DNA of 64,000 nucleotides from Lama glama (GCA_028534125.1 CM052816.1:101680001-101744000); one strand, 5' to 3'. Positions 24,001-37,610 are shown, counted from the first letter of the stretch. Numbers and translations are program-made. The notes: generated by a model not told the origin, from the sequence alone.

Positions 24001-25469
24001 GTGCCCGTGTCCTGCCTGTTTATGGGCCCAGCTGCCGGCGGGACGTGGGGCCGGTGACTAAGTACTCGCAAATGCTGCTCCCCAAAATGATCCTTCCCCA
24101 GGCAGGGCAAGGCCGGGGGTGGGGCGCCGGCCTCCCGGGGACCCAGAGGGGCACTTCTGGGGGGCGAGTCAGGGCACCTCCTGACACGCCATCCCCTCCC
24201 CTCCCTGTGCCTCGCCTGTGTCTCAGCAGGCAGGCATCCCCCAGGTGACCCTCCAGGCACAGCTCCTCTCCGACGAGCTGACATGTCAGGGAAGGGAGCA
24301 CACACTCTGTCCGAGGACGCTCCATGGACTATTCTGAGAGCTGCTCAAACGTGTGTATTCAGATCACTGTCCTGGCTGTCAGGACACACGTGCTCTCACA
24401 CAGCTTTCTTGCAAAGTCTGGTCCTGGTCTCCAGGACAGCCTTCCACACAAACGTGCTTGGTGAGTCAGTCTCCCACCCTGCCCTGCCTTTGTCTCCTGT
24501 CCTGTGGGCAGGCGGATGGTGTCTGCTTGGGAGACACGCTGGGGGCTGTGCCCACCTGATAGGGACTCTGGTGCTGGCCGCCTCGTCTCCACAAGCTCCA
24601 CGGCCGGGCTCTGGGAACAACCTGGAGAAGGCCTCCGAGTGTGCACACGCCGTCCAGCCACCCACACCATGGCTGCGGCACATGCGGACATGGCAGACCA
24701 CACCCTGGGGCCCTGTGGCGTTAATGAAAAAAGCTGCCAGGCCCTCCAGCAAAACATTGAGTTGCGCGCTGGCCAGGCCACCGGGAATAGAGAGGCCTTC
24801 TCCCCAAAGAAGCCATTCCCACGTCCCAGCACACCTGTGCAGGAGGCCTGGGGCATCCAGAGGTGACCTTGTCTGCAGGATGGATGAGGCTGAGCGGGGT
24901 CCCAGCTAAGTTCTTGGCATGTGCCCTGAAAACTGCTGGGTGCCGGGCTCTGCTGGCTGGTCAAGGACTCATCAGGGTTCCCGGTCACCCCAGCCCGCCA
25001 CCTGCCTCACCACCAGGCCCTCCCTCTCAGCCCCCTTGCTTCTCTCGCTGGGGACTCCAGGCTCTGGTGTGACGATGCCGTGAACTGAGCGGAGAGGGGG
25101 CTCCAGGCTGAGCTGAGCAGGTCTGTGCCAGGGAAGGAGCAACGCCATGGGTAGCAGCACGCGGCCCACTGGCAGAACACCTGTTACCAGGGCCATCTGG
25201 GCAAATTCGTCAGCCAAGGCACTGTGAGTACTCCGGTGAGACCGCCACCCACCAGCCCTGGCCAGCTCAGCTCAGAGGGGTAGTTCACTCTGGCAGCCTC
25301 TGTGTCCACCCCATGCCCGGGCTGCGGCATCTCTGGGACCATCATAAGTGGCCTTGGGCACCTGCAGACAGCCCCTTCTCCTGCACCAGGTGGGCAGCCA
25401 GCTGCACCTCATCACTAGGCCTGGACGCTGGACCCTCACGTGGAGTCCACGGACTGCGTGCCGCTGCCA

Positions 25470-25562
25470 TCGCCCCATCTGACAGATGGGGAAGTCCTAC
25501 ACAGAGAGGTTAAGTAAGTCCCCAAAGGCAACACAGCCAGCCAGCCTGAGGGCAGGATTCCC
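25470..25562 (+). mobile_element. MIR core fragment
   Basis: CCCCATCTGACAGATGGGGAA...CAGAGAGGTTAAGTAAGTCCCCAAAGGCAACACAGC. Confidence 0.7.
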
Positions 25563-27254
25563 CCACCGGCCCACCCACCACACCGCTGCCCCTCAGGGAG
25601 GATGTCCGCAGCCAGGGCAGCCGGGGGTTCTGGGCCCTGCGATTTGTAGTGACTGATCAAAGCCTTCAGCTTCTTTGCTTTCGAACAGGGTTAGGCGGTG
25701 TGGATGGGCATGTGGGGCTGGGCTGTGCGGGATTCCCATGGGTATCGAATGAGGTCTGGGGGAGTACTCAGGGGTTCCTGTGTATACACCTCCTGGTCTC
25801 TAAACAGGGAAGTTCGAGGCAGAACAAGGAGTGCATTCATTTGCAGGTGAGCACGCCGGCCAGTCCACGTCCTCAGCTGGAGCCAGTGGGGCAGCCAGCG
25901 CAGCTGGGAATGGTGAGGCTGGGCTGGCCACATTGTGGACATACACACGTGAGCCTGGAGCGTGTTCTGTCTGTACGTTTTCATAAACGCAAAGTTGGGT
26001 TAAATACAGGAGACCTTGGTCGCAACCCAAAGGGTAACTCAGCAGACACCGAGGACGGCGGGCAGGCAAGCGGGGGCCGTCCATGGGCCAACATTACGGG
26101 ATCTCAGTCACTGGGATGACATTTCCACGTGCGGGAAGCGGTGAGCAGGCGTCCACTCGCCTCTGTTTCTGAGGCTGGTTCTGGTTGACAGCGGCCAGGC
26201 AAGCCTCTGCGGAGGTGAGTGGTAGGAGGGGGCCTGATGTGCTGTCCTGCCGGGACACACGCGTCTCCAAGAACGACACCCTTGTTTCCACAAGCCGAAG
26301 TGCAAGAACAGGAGAGATTAACACTTAAAACGTATTCCTGAAATCTGGGCTTGCGGCCAGTGACTCCTGGCAGCCCAGCCACAGGGGCGTCCGGAGGTTG
26401 GGTGCCGGTGTCCATCCGGGGCTTGGCTGGAGCCCATCGAGGCACCTCTGAACTGGGAAAACTTGAACTTGGACGCTGTCTCCCCAGTCTACGTGGCCGG
26501 GGGCTGCCGGAGCCCGGGGGAGTGGCACGTGCCTCCACGCCTGCTTCGGGCCACTAAACGGTGACTCAGACTACTTTCCCAGTTCTTCCTCAGAATTATG
26601 CTCAATAAACCTGGAGACTCCTATTTCTGGAAAGAAGGCCAATTTATGTCTGGCATGGCTGTGTCTCATTTACAGCCCCCAGTCGACCTCGGCCCACCCA
26701 GGGCCGGCCCAGGGCAGCCTGTCCCAGCTGGTGCCCTCACCATGTGGCCCTGGGCGGGTGCCGGGCAGGCTCCGCGTTCCATCCCGCAAGGCCTCTGCAA
26801 GGTCTCAGGACGGGTGAGTAGGTATGGGGCTGAGGACTCATCCAGGATGGAGCACGTCCTCTCCAGCAGGGGGCATGGAAGCCAGAGGGGGCACAGCTGG
26901 ACTCTGGAGGCAGCCCCGGGGCTCTAGTCTGAGCCGCCTGGAGCTGGTGGGGCCAGGAGCCCCACGACACCACGACCCCGCAACCCCGGCCTGGAGCTGA
27001 GGAGGGGGGAGGCCTTCTCAGGCTGCTTCTCTGGGTGACGGCTCAGTGCCTTCCCCTTGCCCGACAGGACCTTGGCCAGTGAGAGTCTCAGCCCAGTGGT
27101 GCTGGCTTCTGCCCACAGAGTCCCCACAGACAGGCCCACGATGCACGGGGCAGGGCACCCTCAGTCACATACCCTGGGGCAAAATCTGCTGTCCCTCTGT
27201 GCCCGTTTCCCCAACAAAGAGGGAGGTGCAGCCCCCCATTCTCCCTTCTTCTGT

Positions 27255-27300
27255 TTCACCCTCATTTTACAGATGGGAAACTGAGTCACAGAAAGGCCAC
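27255..27300 (+). mobile_element. MIR core fragment
   Basis: CCTCATTTTACAGATGGGAAACTGAGTCACAGAAAGG. Confidence 0.6.
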
Positions 27301-30300
27301 TCCCCCTCCCCCGAAAGCACCTGTGTCGTGGCAGGCATGATGCTGGGCAGACATAGTGCCACTAGCAGACAGGCCAGACGCCCGGGAATGAAGCAGCGAT
27401 CTGCAGAGGGCGTCCAAGGGGCCTGCGATGACGTCCCTGGGACAAATGCTGGTCCTGGCAAAGCGTGGCTCTGAGGCCCAGTCCTGGTGTCCCCTGGCTG
27501 GGGTGCTGGGGCAGGGGAATCCCTGGAGAGGCCCTGGCAATAGTGCAGGTGCAGAGAGGATCTCGGGACTTCTTTGGCCCCAGAGGCTGGGCCAGGGGAG
27601 CAATGGCAGGTGGGAGTGTCCCTGCACGTGGTGCCCAGCTGGGCCCCCTGGCCCCGGCCGTCTGCACAGCCTCACCACCCAGTGGCCTCACTCAGGAGAT
27701 CCTGTGGGAGACGCATAGTGAGGATGTGGGCAGGTGTGCTGAGCCACTGAGGGGCCTGGCCGGCTCCCATCCTTGGCTTCCTCATCCCGTGGGATCCGAC
27801 TGGTACGTGGAAGGACAGGGTCCCTGTGGGGCACGTGGGAGCCTGGAGACATGCATTTGGACCCTCAGGGACCGCCCTGTCTTCTGCCTGGGGGCCAGCG
27901 GCCATCCTCCTCGCCCTCCTGGCTGGTGGCCGACAGTGAACACCAGGGTCTTCAAGACCCCAGGCGGCCTTCCTTGGGTCCTCTTCCTCCAGTGGGGACA
28001 GATCCTCCAGAGCTCTTACTTCTGTTTTCGGGCTGTTTCTCAGACAAGTCTGGACCAGCACACAATGGCCCCCTTGGCAGGTGTGCCACACACGTCAGCA
28101 GGACTGGGCTCCAGAGATCCCCTGGGACATGTGAAACACTTGTCCCCTGTGGCATCCAGATGGAAAGCCTCCCTCCCTCGGGCCCCCCACAATGGCCTCC
28201 CCTTCACTGCCTCCCCGCACAGCCACCACAGGAGGCTCTACAGGGCCCCAGGGAGGCCCCCAGGAGTTACGGTGGAACTGCCTGGGTGGGACAGTGGGCT
28301 GGGGTCCGCCTCCTGCCCAGACACAGATGAGTGCCCCGTGCTGAGCCCCCTCAACAGGGGGTTCAGGATTATTTGGGGTCATTCCAGACAGCGCAGGCAC
28401 AGTGCGTCCTGGTGTCCTCGCTGAGCAGTGGATCAACGCCTCTTTTACGAAAGCACCAGCGGAAACATCAGGCCAGAGAGGGCCGAGCCTGCTGGCTGCC
28501 CTGTCCTGGCGGCCTGCACAGACAGAGCCTCTGTCTTCCCCGTGGCCCTTCTGAGGAAGGCAGGTCAGCTCTTGCCCGGGGCCTCGGGGAAAGAGGCTGT
28601 GTGGGGGCAGGCGGGACCTGGCTGTGCTCTGGATGCCGAGCCCCCACCGGAGCCACTCTGTGCCAAGCAGGTCTTGCATGAGCAGTGCTGCCATCTGAAA
28701 GGCTAATTTGTGCAAATGAGAGCCCTGCTCACCTGGCCTCCTCACTGAGGAATGTGCCTTCCCACTACACACTCCCGCAGACACTCCTCCAGGTGAAAAC
28801 TTTCCATCACCAGGTGAGCGCACTGGTCCCGCTGGGGGCCCACATGCTGTCCTGGGGGCCTGGCTCCACGCCCCTGCCTTTGGGTTCAGGCAACACACGA
28901 GGTGGTCAGAGCCCTTGTTGGGGAGGTCGGGGGCAGAGCTACCCTGAGCGCAGGGCCTGGGGTCCCAGCAGCGGCCGTGCTTGCTGCTCTGAGGCTCAGG
29001 GGGCAGCGGAGGAGGGGCTGCATCCTCATCACCAGTGGGTTTCGAGACTCAGACTCTGATCATCGATTCTGCCTGTGAGTCCTCACCAGAGCCTTGGGGC
29101 CCTGCCTCGGGCCAGTGTGAACTCCTGCAAATAGGGGCCTGTGGCATTTGCGGCGGGCTTCCTAAGCGGGGGCAGTCCCAAAGGGGACACTGACAGGCCC
29201 CAGAACCATCTGTAGCACCCAGTCCACCTGAGCTGTGACAGAGGCAGCCACGGGTCCAGCTCTGCTCCCAGAGCCATCTGCACCCCAGCACTACAGCCCC
29301 CACTCCTCCAGGTTCTGCGGATGCTGGAGGTGGGCCAGGTGGGCCGGGATGGGATCCCCACTGCAGGGACGAGTCCCTCACGACGGTCCCCCTCAGCACC
29401 CGTGGGGGGCGTGAGCCCAGGCCTCAGTCAAGGCCTCCGATTCGCGGTGAACCTCAGCCTCCCAGCCAGACCAGCTTGCACCTGAGAATGAGGATACAAG
29501 GACAGAGGCACAGAAACGCTCGCAGCCAATTTTCAGGGCGCGCAAGCCAGAGCGCTGAGGGTATCCCCGGAGAAGCCTCTCTGGATCCTTTTCAGAGGAA
29601 CTGCTCTCAGGGGTGTTAACAGAGGTGGTCCACCCTGGTAAACGGGGCTCATCCCAGGCGCACCCACGGCCCCCAGCACAGCCGGCGGACGGCGGTCTCA
29701 GCGCACACTGGCGGCACGAGCCCAAGGCCGCCGAGCCTCCCGAGCCTGCGCGCACCCCACGCCAGCCCTTGCAGGAAGCCCCGCTGCCCCGCGCTCCTGG
29801 TCCGGCTGTTGTCACCGGGCCTTCCTGGGGACTGTTTGCTCTGGGCCCGGCCTAATACTATCGATCTCCTGGTGAGGTGGGGCTGCGGGCGGGGCTGGGA
29901 GAGCACGGCTTTCGGGCCCAAGGGGACCTGGCCCATCTCCAGCAGCCCTGGGAGGGCTCCTGCACACACTGCCCCCGGGAGGTCGGAGGGGCAGGGTGGC
30001 TGGCCCGCCTGCCCCAGGCCATTGCCAGTTTCGGGGGCAGGGACCCACCACGGTGCACAGCACTGGCTGCAGACGAAGCCTCTGGGCCTCGCACAGGCGA
30101 GCACTGCAGCAGGTGGCCGGCCACTCGGGGAAGCTCAGTCTCATCGAGACTGCTCGAGGCAGGTGGGGGCCTGGGGGGCACCTTCCATCTCAGGCTTCTG
30201 ACCAGAAATACCTGGGCTCCCAGGCCCTCCTGGTTCCAGCGGAAGCATGAAGAGTGGACGTGTGAGGCTCACCTGGCCGTCCCCATGGGGGGAGGGTGTG

Positions 30301-31329
30301 CCTGGCGGAAACGTCTGTGGAACCAGAGCAAAGAGGCCTTGGTGGGCAAGCTGAGTGGTGACCCGCGCCCAGAGCTGCCTCACGCAGCGACTGGCAGGAT
30401 CCGGTTGGGAAGAGCAGAGAGTCGGAGAGCAGGCACCACCCTCCATGCTCATCCCAAACTCCCGTTCACTCAAAGTGGGCACAGCCCTGCAGCCCAGGAG
30501 TCAGCATCCCACCCAGGGGGCTGGAGCTGTGCGAGGCCCCCCGCTCCCAGGTGGCGGGCAGGACAGGCACCTGGCTTACACTCTAGGGGTCCGCGGCCAG
30601 CACGCAGCCTGGGGTCTGGCTAAAGGGCTGCTGCATTGTCTCTCGGGGGCTTGGGCCCTCCCGGAGGGTGGTCCAGCAGGACCAGGAGTGCAGCTGTGAG
30701 TGAGTCCCTGGAACACAGGCAGATCCAAAGGCTCAGCCCAGTAAGCCTGCTGTCCGGCAGGGACACACCCCAGAGTCCGCGGGGTCCTGGGCCTGGGAGG
30801 AAGGGAGGAGGAGGTCTGCATGGTCACTCACCTGTGAAACGCCTCAGGGACTCCAACGACAGCTGAATTCTGCGTGAACAGTGACGTGGAACACAGCAGG
30901 GCAGAGGCGAACAAGGTTGGACCAGGGTGGGTGCGGGGGTCCTTGTGGCCGCTGCCCCTCAGATGGCTTCCGCCCTGGTCAGGGCTCCAGAGAGCTGTTC
31001 TCTGATGTTTGTGGATGAGGGGCCGCTTCCCACGCGTGGACTGGGCAGCTGGGGCACCCGTGCTACATGCGGGGCCTCGTGGTCCACGCACACCTCTGCT
31101 GAAGGGAACTGAATGTGAGCTCCTGGGAAGAAGGATGGAGCCCAAAAGGCAGAGGAAACGCCTGAGCTCACGGAGGCATCTCAGCTGCGTCCGAGCAAGC
31201 GGCAGAACCGAGGGGAGCGCGTCCCCAGCTGGGCCTTGTAGGTGACAGGAAAGACGGATGGCGGCTACTCCTGGAAACGGCCATGCCCAGATCTTGACGG
31301 CTCTGGGTCTCCATTTGCAGAAACATAAA

Positions 31330-32540
31330 CCTTGTCAGACTTGACGAGAAAACAAAAAACGCACCTTAAATGTAAAGACACAGATGGAAAACAGAAGGAC
31401 GGACAATGCTTCTCCTTCCACACATTAACCTGCGGAAAGCTGGAGGGGCTACCTGAGTATCAGAGACTTCAGGCAAGAAGTTTACAAGAGATAAAGAAGG
31501 ACATTCCACAGGGATAAAGAGCCAGTTCCACCTGAAGGCACAGCAGCCCCCAGACACGGCTCAGATCACAGACAGCACAAGCCAAGGAACCACAGCGACA
31601 GACGAGGCACCATCGGGGCGGGGACTTTGACTCACTCTCAGTTACCGAAATCGGTGAGAACACAGACAGGAACAGCACGACCTCCAGTCTGACCTAGCAC
31701 ACAAGTGGCAGAGCCCAGCATCCTACAGAACACACACTCTTGTCAAGAACACACAGAATATTTACCAAAACAGCCCAGATTCTAAACCACAGAGCAAGTT
31801 TAAACACATGTAAAAGGACTGAAATCACACAGCGTGTGTTCTCTGGCCACGGTGGGATTATGAGCTCTCACTGACAGAAAGATACCAGGGAAGAGCTCCA
31901 GATGCTTGGAAGTCGTGCGTCTAAGCAGCACCGTTCTGCGTAACTTACGTCAAAGAAGAAATTACAACAGAAATCAGAAAATATTTTGAGCTGAGTGAGG
32001 AGAAGGCACCGCACTGAAATCCCTGGGATGCAGGCAAGTAGCCATCAGAGGGAATTCTACAGTCCTAACTGGAAAAGTCATGCATAAAAAAGAAGAAAGA
32101 CTGAAAGTCAACGACTTAAGCTTCCAGTGCAAGAAACTAGGAAAAGAAAGTCCAAGAGATTCCAGGAAGGAAGGAGAGAGACAACAAGCCTATGAACCAG
32201 AAGACAGAAAGACAGCCGGGAAAGTCCGCAGGACCGAAGTCCGGCTCTGTGAAAACACCGCTGACGTCGGCCGGCCTCCAGCAGCACTGACCACGAACAA
32301 GACAGAAAGCAGAGCCTCCCAGACACAGGCAGGACCGCGAATCGCTGCTGCGGACTTTGCAGCGGTGAGCACGACGTGTCTGATGGAAGGGGCGAAACCC
32401 CTGAAAACTCAATTTACCAAAATGGACACAAAAAGAAATTAAAAGTCTGAGCAGCCTTACATCCATTAAAGAATTAAATCTCTAAGTCAAAGCTTTTCCA
32501 CCCAGAAAAGTCCAGGCCGAGCCGCCTCATGGAGAATTCC
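31330..32540 (+). mobile_element. Old L1 ORF2 relic (endonuclease region), sense
   Basis: CCTTAAATGTAAAGACACAGAT...GGGGACTTTGAC...GACTGAAATCACACAGCGTGTGTTCTCTGGCCAC...GAAATCAGAAAATATTTTGAGCTGAGTGA...AAGAAACTAGGAAAAGAA. Confidence 0.85.
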
Positions 32541-34451
32541 CCCCGCGTGTCCTGCACGTCCGTTAGACGCTCCCCCCTCGGTGTTCCGTGTTTTCAACGC
32601 TGTGTAAACAGCGCTTTTAAGTTAACTTTCATTTCCGAAAGAGGGTGTTGCAGCGTACGGACCTGAGACTGGTTCTGTAGCAATGACTCCAATAATCTGT
32701 CTGAGGCTTTGGGCTGCACCTGAGACAGCGACGTCACCTGCCGAGTTCTGCCCCGTCCCCCACTCCCACACCCTCCATCCCTCTGCCCCGCACGCCAGCC
32801 CTCGCGCAGACGTCGTGGAGGCAGCCGGGGCACGTCCTGGCCTCGGGGCAGCCTCCCGGCGCTTCCCCGCTAATTGTCGAGCGTGTGCAGACTCCATGTG
32901 TCGGGTTAGTTCACCAGATTGGCTTCTGTTCTGTTCGCTGAGCGTTTCCTGGTTGTCTGTCTCGTCCCAAGTGGACTTTCAGTTCTCCCAGACACTCCTC
33001 CTGCCTCCGTGATGGGCTCCCACTTTCCCTGAACCTGTCAGGTGATGTCGTTGGTCGCAGGGCCAGTCCGGAACTCTCCTGGGTCCGCGCACCACGGGGC
33101 TTAGGAGGGTCCAGCTGTGTCCTGGGGGCAGGGCCTGGGGGCCAGGAGGGCCGGTCACTGGACACAGGGCCCACACACACCCCACCCGAGGGGTCTTTAC
33201 TGTGTCAGCACCAGCAGCAAGGGCTGCGGGCCAAGGGCTCCAGGGCCATTTTCGGGGAAGGGGCTGGATCCCGGAGGAGTCCCAGCAGGGGGATGGCACC
33301 AGGTGCCAGGGGCCGTGTCTGTGGTAGAAGCCTCTCCCAGGATGAAGGGGATGGGGGCTGGGACCCTGGGGGAAGGGGCGGGGCCCAGAGAGTGGGGGTC
33401 CTGCCAAGGGTCCCTGTATCCAGGATGCAAGGATGGGTGGGGGTCAGAGTGACGTCAGTGGACGGAGGGGTGGGAGTGGGGCCTTCCAGCCAGTGGAGTT
33501 GGGGAGGGTCCTCAGCGTTCCCAAGGGCTGGGAGCGCAGGCATAGTCCCCGACCCGCTAGGCGCTGGGCCTGCGGGTATCTGGCCCCATACTGTGCATCA
33601 CAGGAGGGCTGAGACCCTGCCTGTGGTGGCCCCCAACCCCAGCCCGGGCCCTGCTGCCTCACCACCCCCACAGCTCAGCCCACAGCCCCGGGGACCTCGA
33701 CCCTGCCTCAGACCACTGGCCTGACATCCTGGTGGTGGGATGGCGGGGGGTGTGACCGTGACCCCACAGCTGGGGGTTTGGGGGTGGCCCTGGAGACTCT
33801 GGGGACAGGATGGTGCCACTGCCCGAATGTCCGGAGGCCCCTTCCCTGCAAGTGCGGCCTTAGGCCAAAGGCTCCAGGCTCGCCCGGGACCTCAAAGCCT
33901 GACGGCACACCAGAGGAGCCGGACTCACGACCTGTTTGAGAAGTGCGACTGTTTCCAGCAATCAGACAAGAAGTGGTAGGTGTTCAGCTATGGTGGTTTT
34001 GGCCAGCCCCCAGAGAGGCTGTCGCCTGAGGCACAGAGCAGGTGCTCAGCAGACAGAAGAGGGGGTGTGGGAATGGCTGCTGGGGGTCCCCGCTGCCCCC
34101 TGCAGAGGAGCTTGTGGGCGACCGTTTGGCTGGGGGGTGAGAGCCTGTGTGCAGCGTCCCCCGACTTAAAGCCGCATGAAAACGTCTGTCGTCCCTCGCG
34201 TGTTGTCAACGAAAGGACAGGCAGACCAAAGCCTTTGCCTCTTTATTCACAGGCTGTTTCTCACAAACCAACCACGTGAATGAAACGCACAGCCAAGGCC
34301 AGCATGATGGACCAGATGAGAGGTTTTCCACTTTTACCTGCTTAACGTGAGGGTCCCAGCAGGTGAGGGAGGTCGCAGTTCTTTTTGGACTGATTACTTG
34401 CATCATCTTAACTTTCTGGATTACGCTGCGTGGTTGTGGCCTTCCCGGGGG

Positions 34452-34828
34452 TGTTATGGACTGAACCGTGTCCCCCGGAACTCCTGTGCTGAGGCTCCCC
34501 CCGGCCTGCGGTAGGGTTTGGAGGTGGTGCCGTTAGGAGGCAGTTAGGCTGAATGAGGGCATGAGGGTGGGCCCTAGCCCATAGGATCCGCGGCCTTGTA
34601 AGAAGAGGAGGAGAGAGATCTCTCCCCTCCTGCCTGTGCCCCGAGGAAAGGCCGCCTGAGGAGACGGCAGCGACTGGAAGCCAGGAAGAGGCTCTCGCCG
34701 GAAGCGGAACCAACCCTGTCCAGCCTTGATCTCGGACTTGCAGCCTCCAGCTCTGTGAGGAAATAGGTCTGCCGTTTAAGATCCGAGTCTGTGCCGCTTT
34801 TTCCTGGCCGCACAAGCAGACCGAGACA
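34452..34828 (+). mobile_element. MaLR solo LTR (MLT1A/MLT1B-like)
   Basis: TGTTATGGACTGAAC...GAATGAGGGCATGAGGGTGGGCCCTA...CCTTGTAAGAAGAGG...CCTTGATCTCGGACTTGCAGCCTCCAG...GCAGACCGAGACA. Confidence 0.9.
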
Positions 34829-36049
34829 GCGTGTGTGCCCACAAACCCATGGGTCACCCACGGGGCGGGACCAGGTTGGGGAGGCTCGGGGCGGCCCGGT
34901 GGTGGCAAGAGAGGGGCAGTTTTCAGACCATCACACTCCTGCAGACGCCCCCCACACCCCCCCAAGCACAGCCAGCCCTCTGGGCACATCTGGTCCCCAG
35001 CCATGGAGGGAGCACAACTCCAGGGGGCGCTGTTCTTAAGTCTTCCAGGTGCACATTGGTATCTCTGGAGTGAGGGGTGCTGCAGCCCTGCCAAACCACA
35101 TTCCAGTTAGAGACAAGGAGGTCGTGGAGGCTGCCCCCGCCCATGGCCCCAGTCCACGTGGGGTGACCCTGTGGAGAAGTGGGTCGAGGGCCGTGGGTGT
35201 CGGGGGGAGGGGACAGTGCACATCATGCCCCTAAGCTGACCAGGCTGGTCGGGGCAGCAGGTACCCTCACAACCACATCGTTCTCCAGCACCGTCTGCCC
35301 GGAGAGGCAGTCAGCCCACAGGTCCTGCTGGAGGAACCGTGCCTGCCCTGCGAGGTCACCCCAGGCCCTCGCCGCGCCCTTGACTGTCCATTGGGCATCC
35401 TGCGCTCACCATTGCAGCACACCGCCCAGCGGCCAACGGTGATGTCAGCATTCCTTCTGAATCCATAAGCCCACACGGTGACACTCCGCTCTTCTGCCCT
35501 CTGAACTGCCTCCTGGGTCCCGGAAGCAGCTCCTCCAGGGAGAAGTGCTGGGAGCTCTCAGGACAGGCTCCTGGTGAGAGTCCCCGAGGGTGACGTGACC
35601 GGAGGGTCACTGGGTGCCCCAGCACATGCCGTTCTGGTGGGAACGTGGCCTTCCTGTGGAATGCAAGGGCACAGTCTTCAAAGCGGCCACTCTTCCTACA
35701 GGCTCCACCCAGGAGCCCTGTGCTGAGCTGGAGGTAACCCTGTTCTTGTTGCGCTGACTCTGTCTCCAGGACCGGAGGCTGAGAATGGGGCTGGGGCAGA
35801 AACCTGGACACGGCTGAGCCCAGCATGGACCACGGCACCAGGCCACATCCCTGGTGGCCTCCCCCACCCCTGACCCTGGTGCTCACAACAATGCTTGAGG
35901 CTGGAGGCCCAGCGGAGCCCGACTTGAACCCGCGCCCTCCACTACACCAGATGGTCACTCCCATCAGCAAGAAACTGGGGAGCAAACCCGAGGAACTGTC
36001 ATACCGCTCCAGCCTCATGGGACCCCAACACAGACAGCTGTTGGGAGAT

Positions 36050-36330
36050 GCACCCACCGACCCACCCACTCACTCACCGCCTGCCCACCCACCCATCTGT
36101 CCATCCGTCTGTCCACCCCCCCAACCAGTATCTCCTGAGTGCTCTGGGTGCCGGGCAGTGTGTCGGGAGCTGGGGATGCAGCCATGAGCCTCATGGGCTT
36201 TGTGGAGCACCTCACTCACGGGGCAGATGCTCCCGTGGAGGCAGCAGTCAACCAGAGAATAAATCCAGTGGAGGCGTGGAGGAGGGGAGGGGGCATGAGA
36301 GCGAGCTCCTCGGGAGCTGAGGGTAGAAAG
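36050..36330 (-). mobile_element. L2 3' end, GC-shifted
   Basis: (CCAY)n-like tail then CAACCAGTATCTCCTGAGTGCTCTGGGTGCCGGGCAGTGTGTCGGGAGCTGGGGATGCAGC, colinear with the L2 3' motif. Confidence 0.65.
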
Positions 36331-37389
36331 CAGAGGTTCCCAAAAGGAGGCTCAGAGGTCAGGGAGGGGCCTGCGTCCTGGGAGGGCTTGGCTTCCCTCT
36401 AATTTGGAGGGTCTGTGGGGGCAGCCCGGGCAGGTGAAGGGGTGGGCATCAGGCTTTGGGCAGAGGCGAGGCTCATCTGTCCTGAGGGGAGGGCAGACAG
36501 GTACTCTGAGAGACCGGACTCAGGGGCCCGCCTCCCGGGTTTGGGGCGGCACAGCTGACAGAGATGCTGCCCAGAACGCAGGGTGGGCTTGGGCGGTGGG
36601 ATGAAGGATGTGTTTGCCATAGAGTCCAGGGTCCCCGGGTGGGCCACTCAGTCAGCAGCACTGGCAAGAGGGGCTGAGGCCTGGGCATGGACTTGGGGCC
36701 GAGCCCTCTCCGGGAGGAAGGGCACAGGTGTCCCCATGCTGGAGGTCTACCTGGGGCTCCCAGGTCAGAGCAGAGGGGTCCCTCAGGAAGCAACGGGGGC
36801 AATCCTGGGTGGGGGAGGGCAGAGGGACCAAGATGCTGTACCACCCAAGGTTCGGGAGGGGAGGCCCTGGTTTCCAACAGGTGGTTAATCCTGTCATGAA
36901 ATGCAGATTTGGGCTGAAGGCAGCAGGAGGCTTAAGGCCAGGCCCCCTTCTGACTCTCGCCCTTAGCTGGGTCTGCACAGCCCCAGTCCTGTGTTTAGGG
37001 GTAAGGAGCGCCACCGGGTGAGCGTGCCCACAGCTACTCCAGGCAGCTCAGGAGCTGAGCGAAGGCCACTGAGGGGCGCCCGAGGCACCGGAGCCCGCAG
37101 GGACCCCCGCCCTGCCTGCCACCCTCACTCCTGCCCCCGGCGCTGTACTCCGCCCCCAAGGGAGGCGGTCGCCAGCCCGCGCCCTCCAGCCCAGGGTCCA
37201 GGACCTGGCCGGAGGGAGGGCGCGGGGGAAGGGCGGGGAGCGAGCAGGCCGGTGGGGATAGAGGATAAGGGTCTCGCGGGGCGCGGTGGTGGGAGGTGAG
37301 GCTAGGGGCCCTGCCAGCACGGATGGGCGTGCGCTGAAGGCCGGGCGGGCGTGCCGAGAGCGTGCGACTCTGTGCTCGCGTGTGCGCAG

Positions 37390-37470
37390 CGCGGGCGGGA
37401 AGGCCCCGCCCCGGGGCGGGAGGGGGCCGCCGGATTAAAGGCCACCCAGGCGGGCGGGGACCGGGACAGC
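37390..37470 (+). promoter_or_regulatory. SLC9A3 core promoter: clustered Sp/KLF GC boxes and atypical TATA (ATTAAA 37434-37439); TSS inferred ~37465
   Basis: GGGCGGGAAGGCCCCGCCCCGGGGCGGGAGGGGG directly upstream of GGATTAAAGG. This matches the GC-box plus atypical TATA architecture described for mammalian NHE3 promoters. Confidence 0.75.
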
Positions 37471-37586
37471 AGCCCGCACCCGGAGCGTGCTCGGCTCTGC
37501 GCCGCCCAACGCTAGTCTCGTCGGCCCCGCGCGTCCAGCGGCCCCGGCGCAGCGCGTCCCGCCGAGTGCAGCAAGGCTCACGCGAC

Positions 37587-37610
37587 ATGAGCGTCAGGAC
37601 AGGGCGCTGA
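37587..37610 (+). other. Upstream ORF (MSVRTGR*) in the predicted SLC9A3 5' UTR
   Basis: ATG AGC GTC AGG ACA GGG CGC TGA, same frame as the main ATG, with the stop 12 nt upstream of it. Confidence 0.6.

Noticed and set aside
27465-28424. 319-aa ORF and similar 200-270 aa ORFs (16725-17546, 23529-24305, 28095-28898, 29877-30623, 35356-36069, 60485-61204)
   Set aside because: Pro/Gly/Arg/Ala/Trp-rich low-information translations with no recognisable domain, many lacking an ATG start. Such lengths are expected by chance in stop-poor GC-rich DNA.
32598-32613. Short hairpin CGCTGT-GTAA-ACAGCG containing a FOX-like TGTAAACA
   Set aside because: A 6-bp stem is expected by chance in 64 kb, and there is no other support.
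1-37000. Exons of a neighbouring gene (e.g. CEP72, the upstream neighbour in human) or a processed pseudogene
   Set aside because: No recognisable protein similarity in the ORF track. A lncRNA cannot be excluded from sequence alone.
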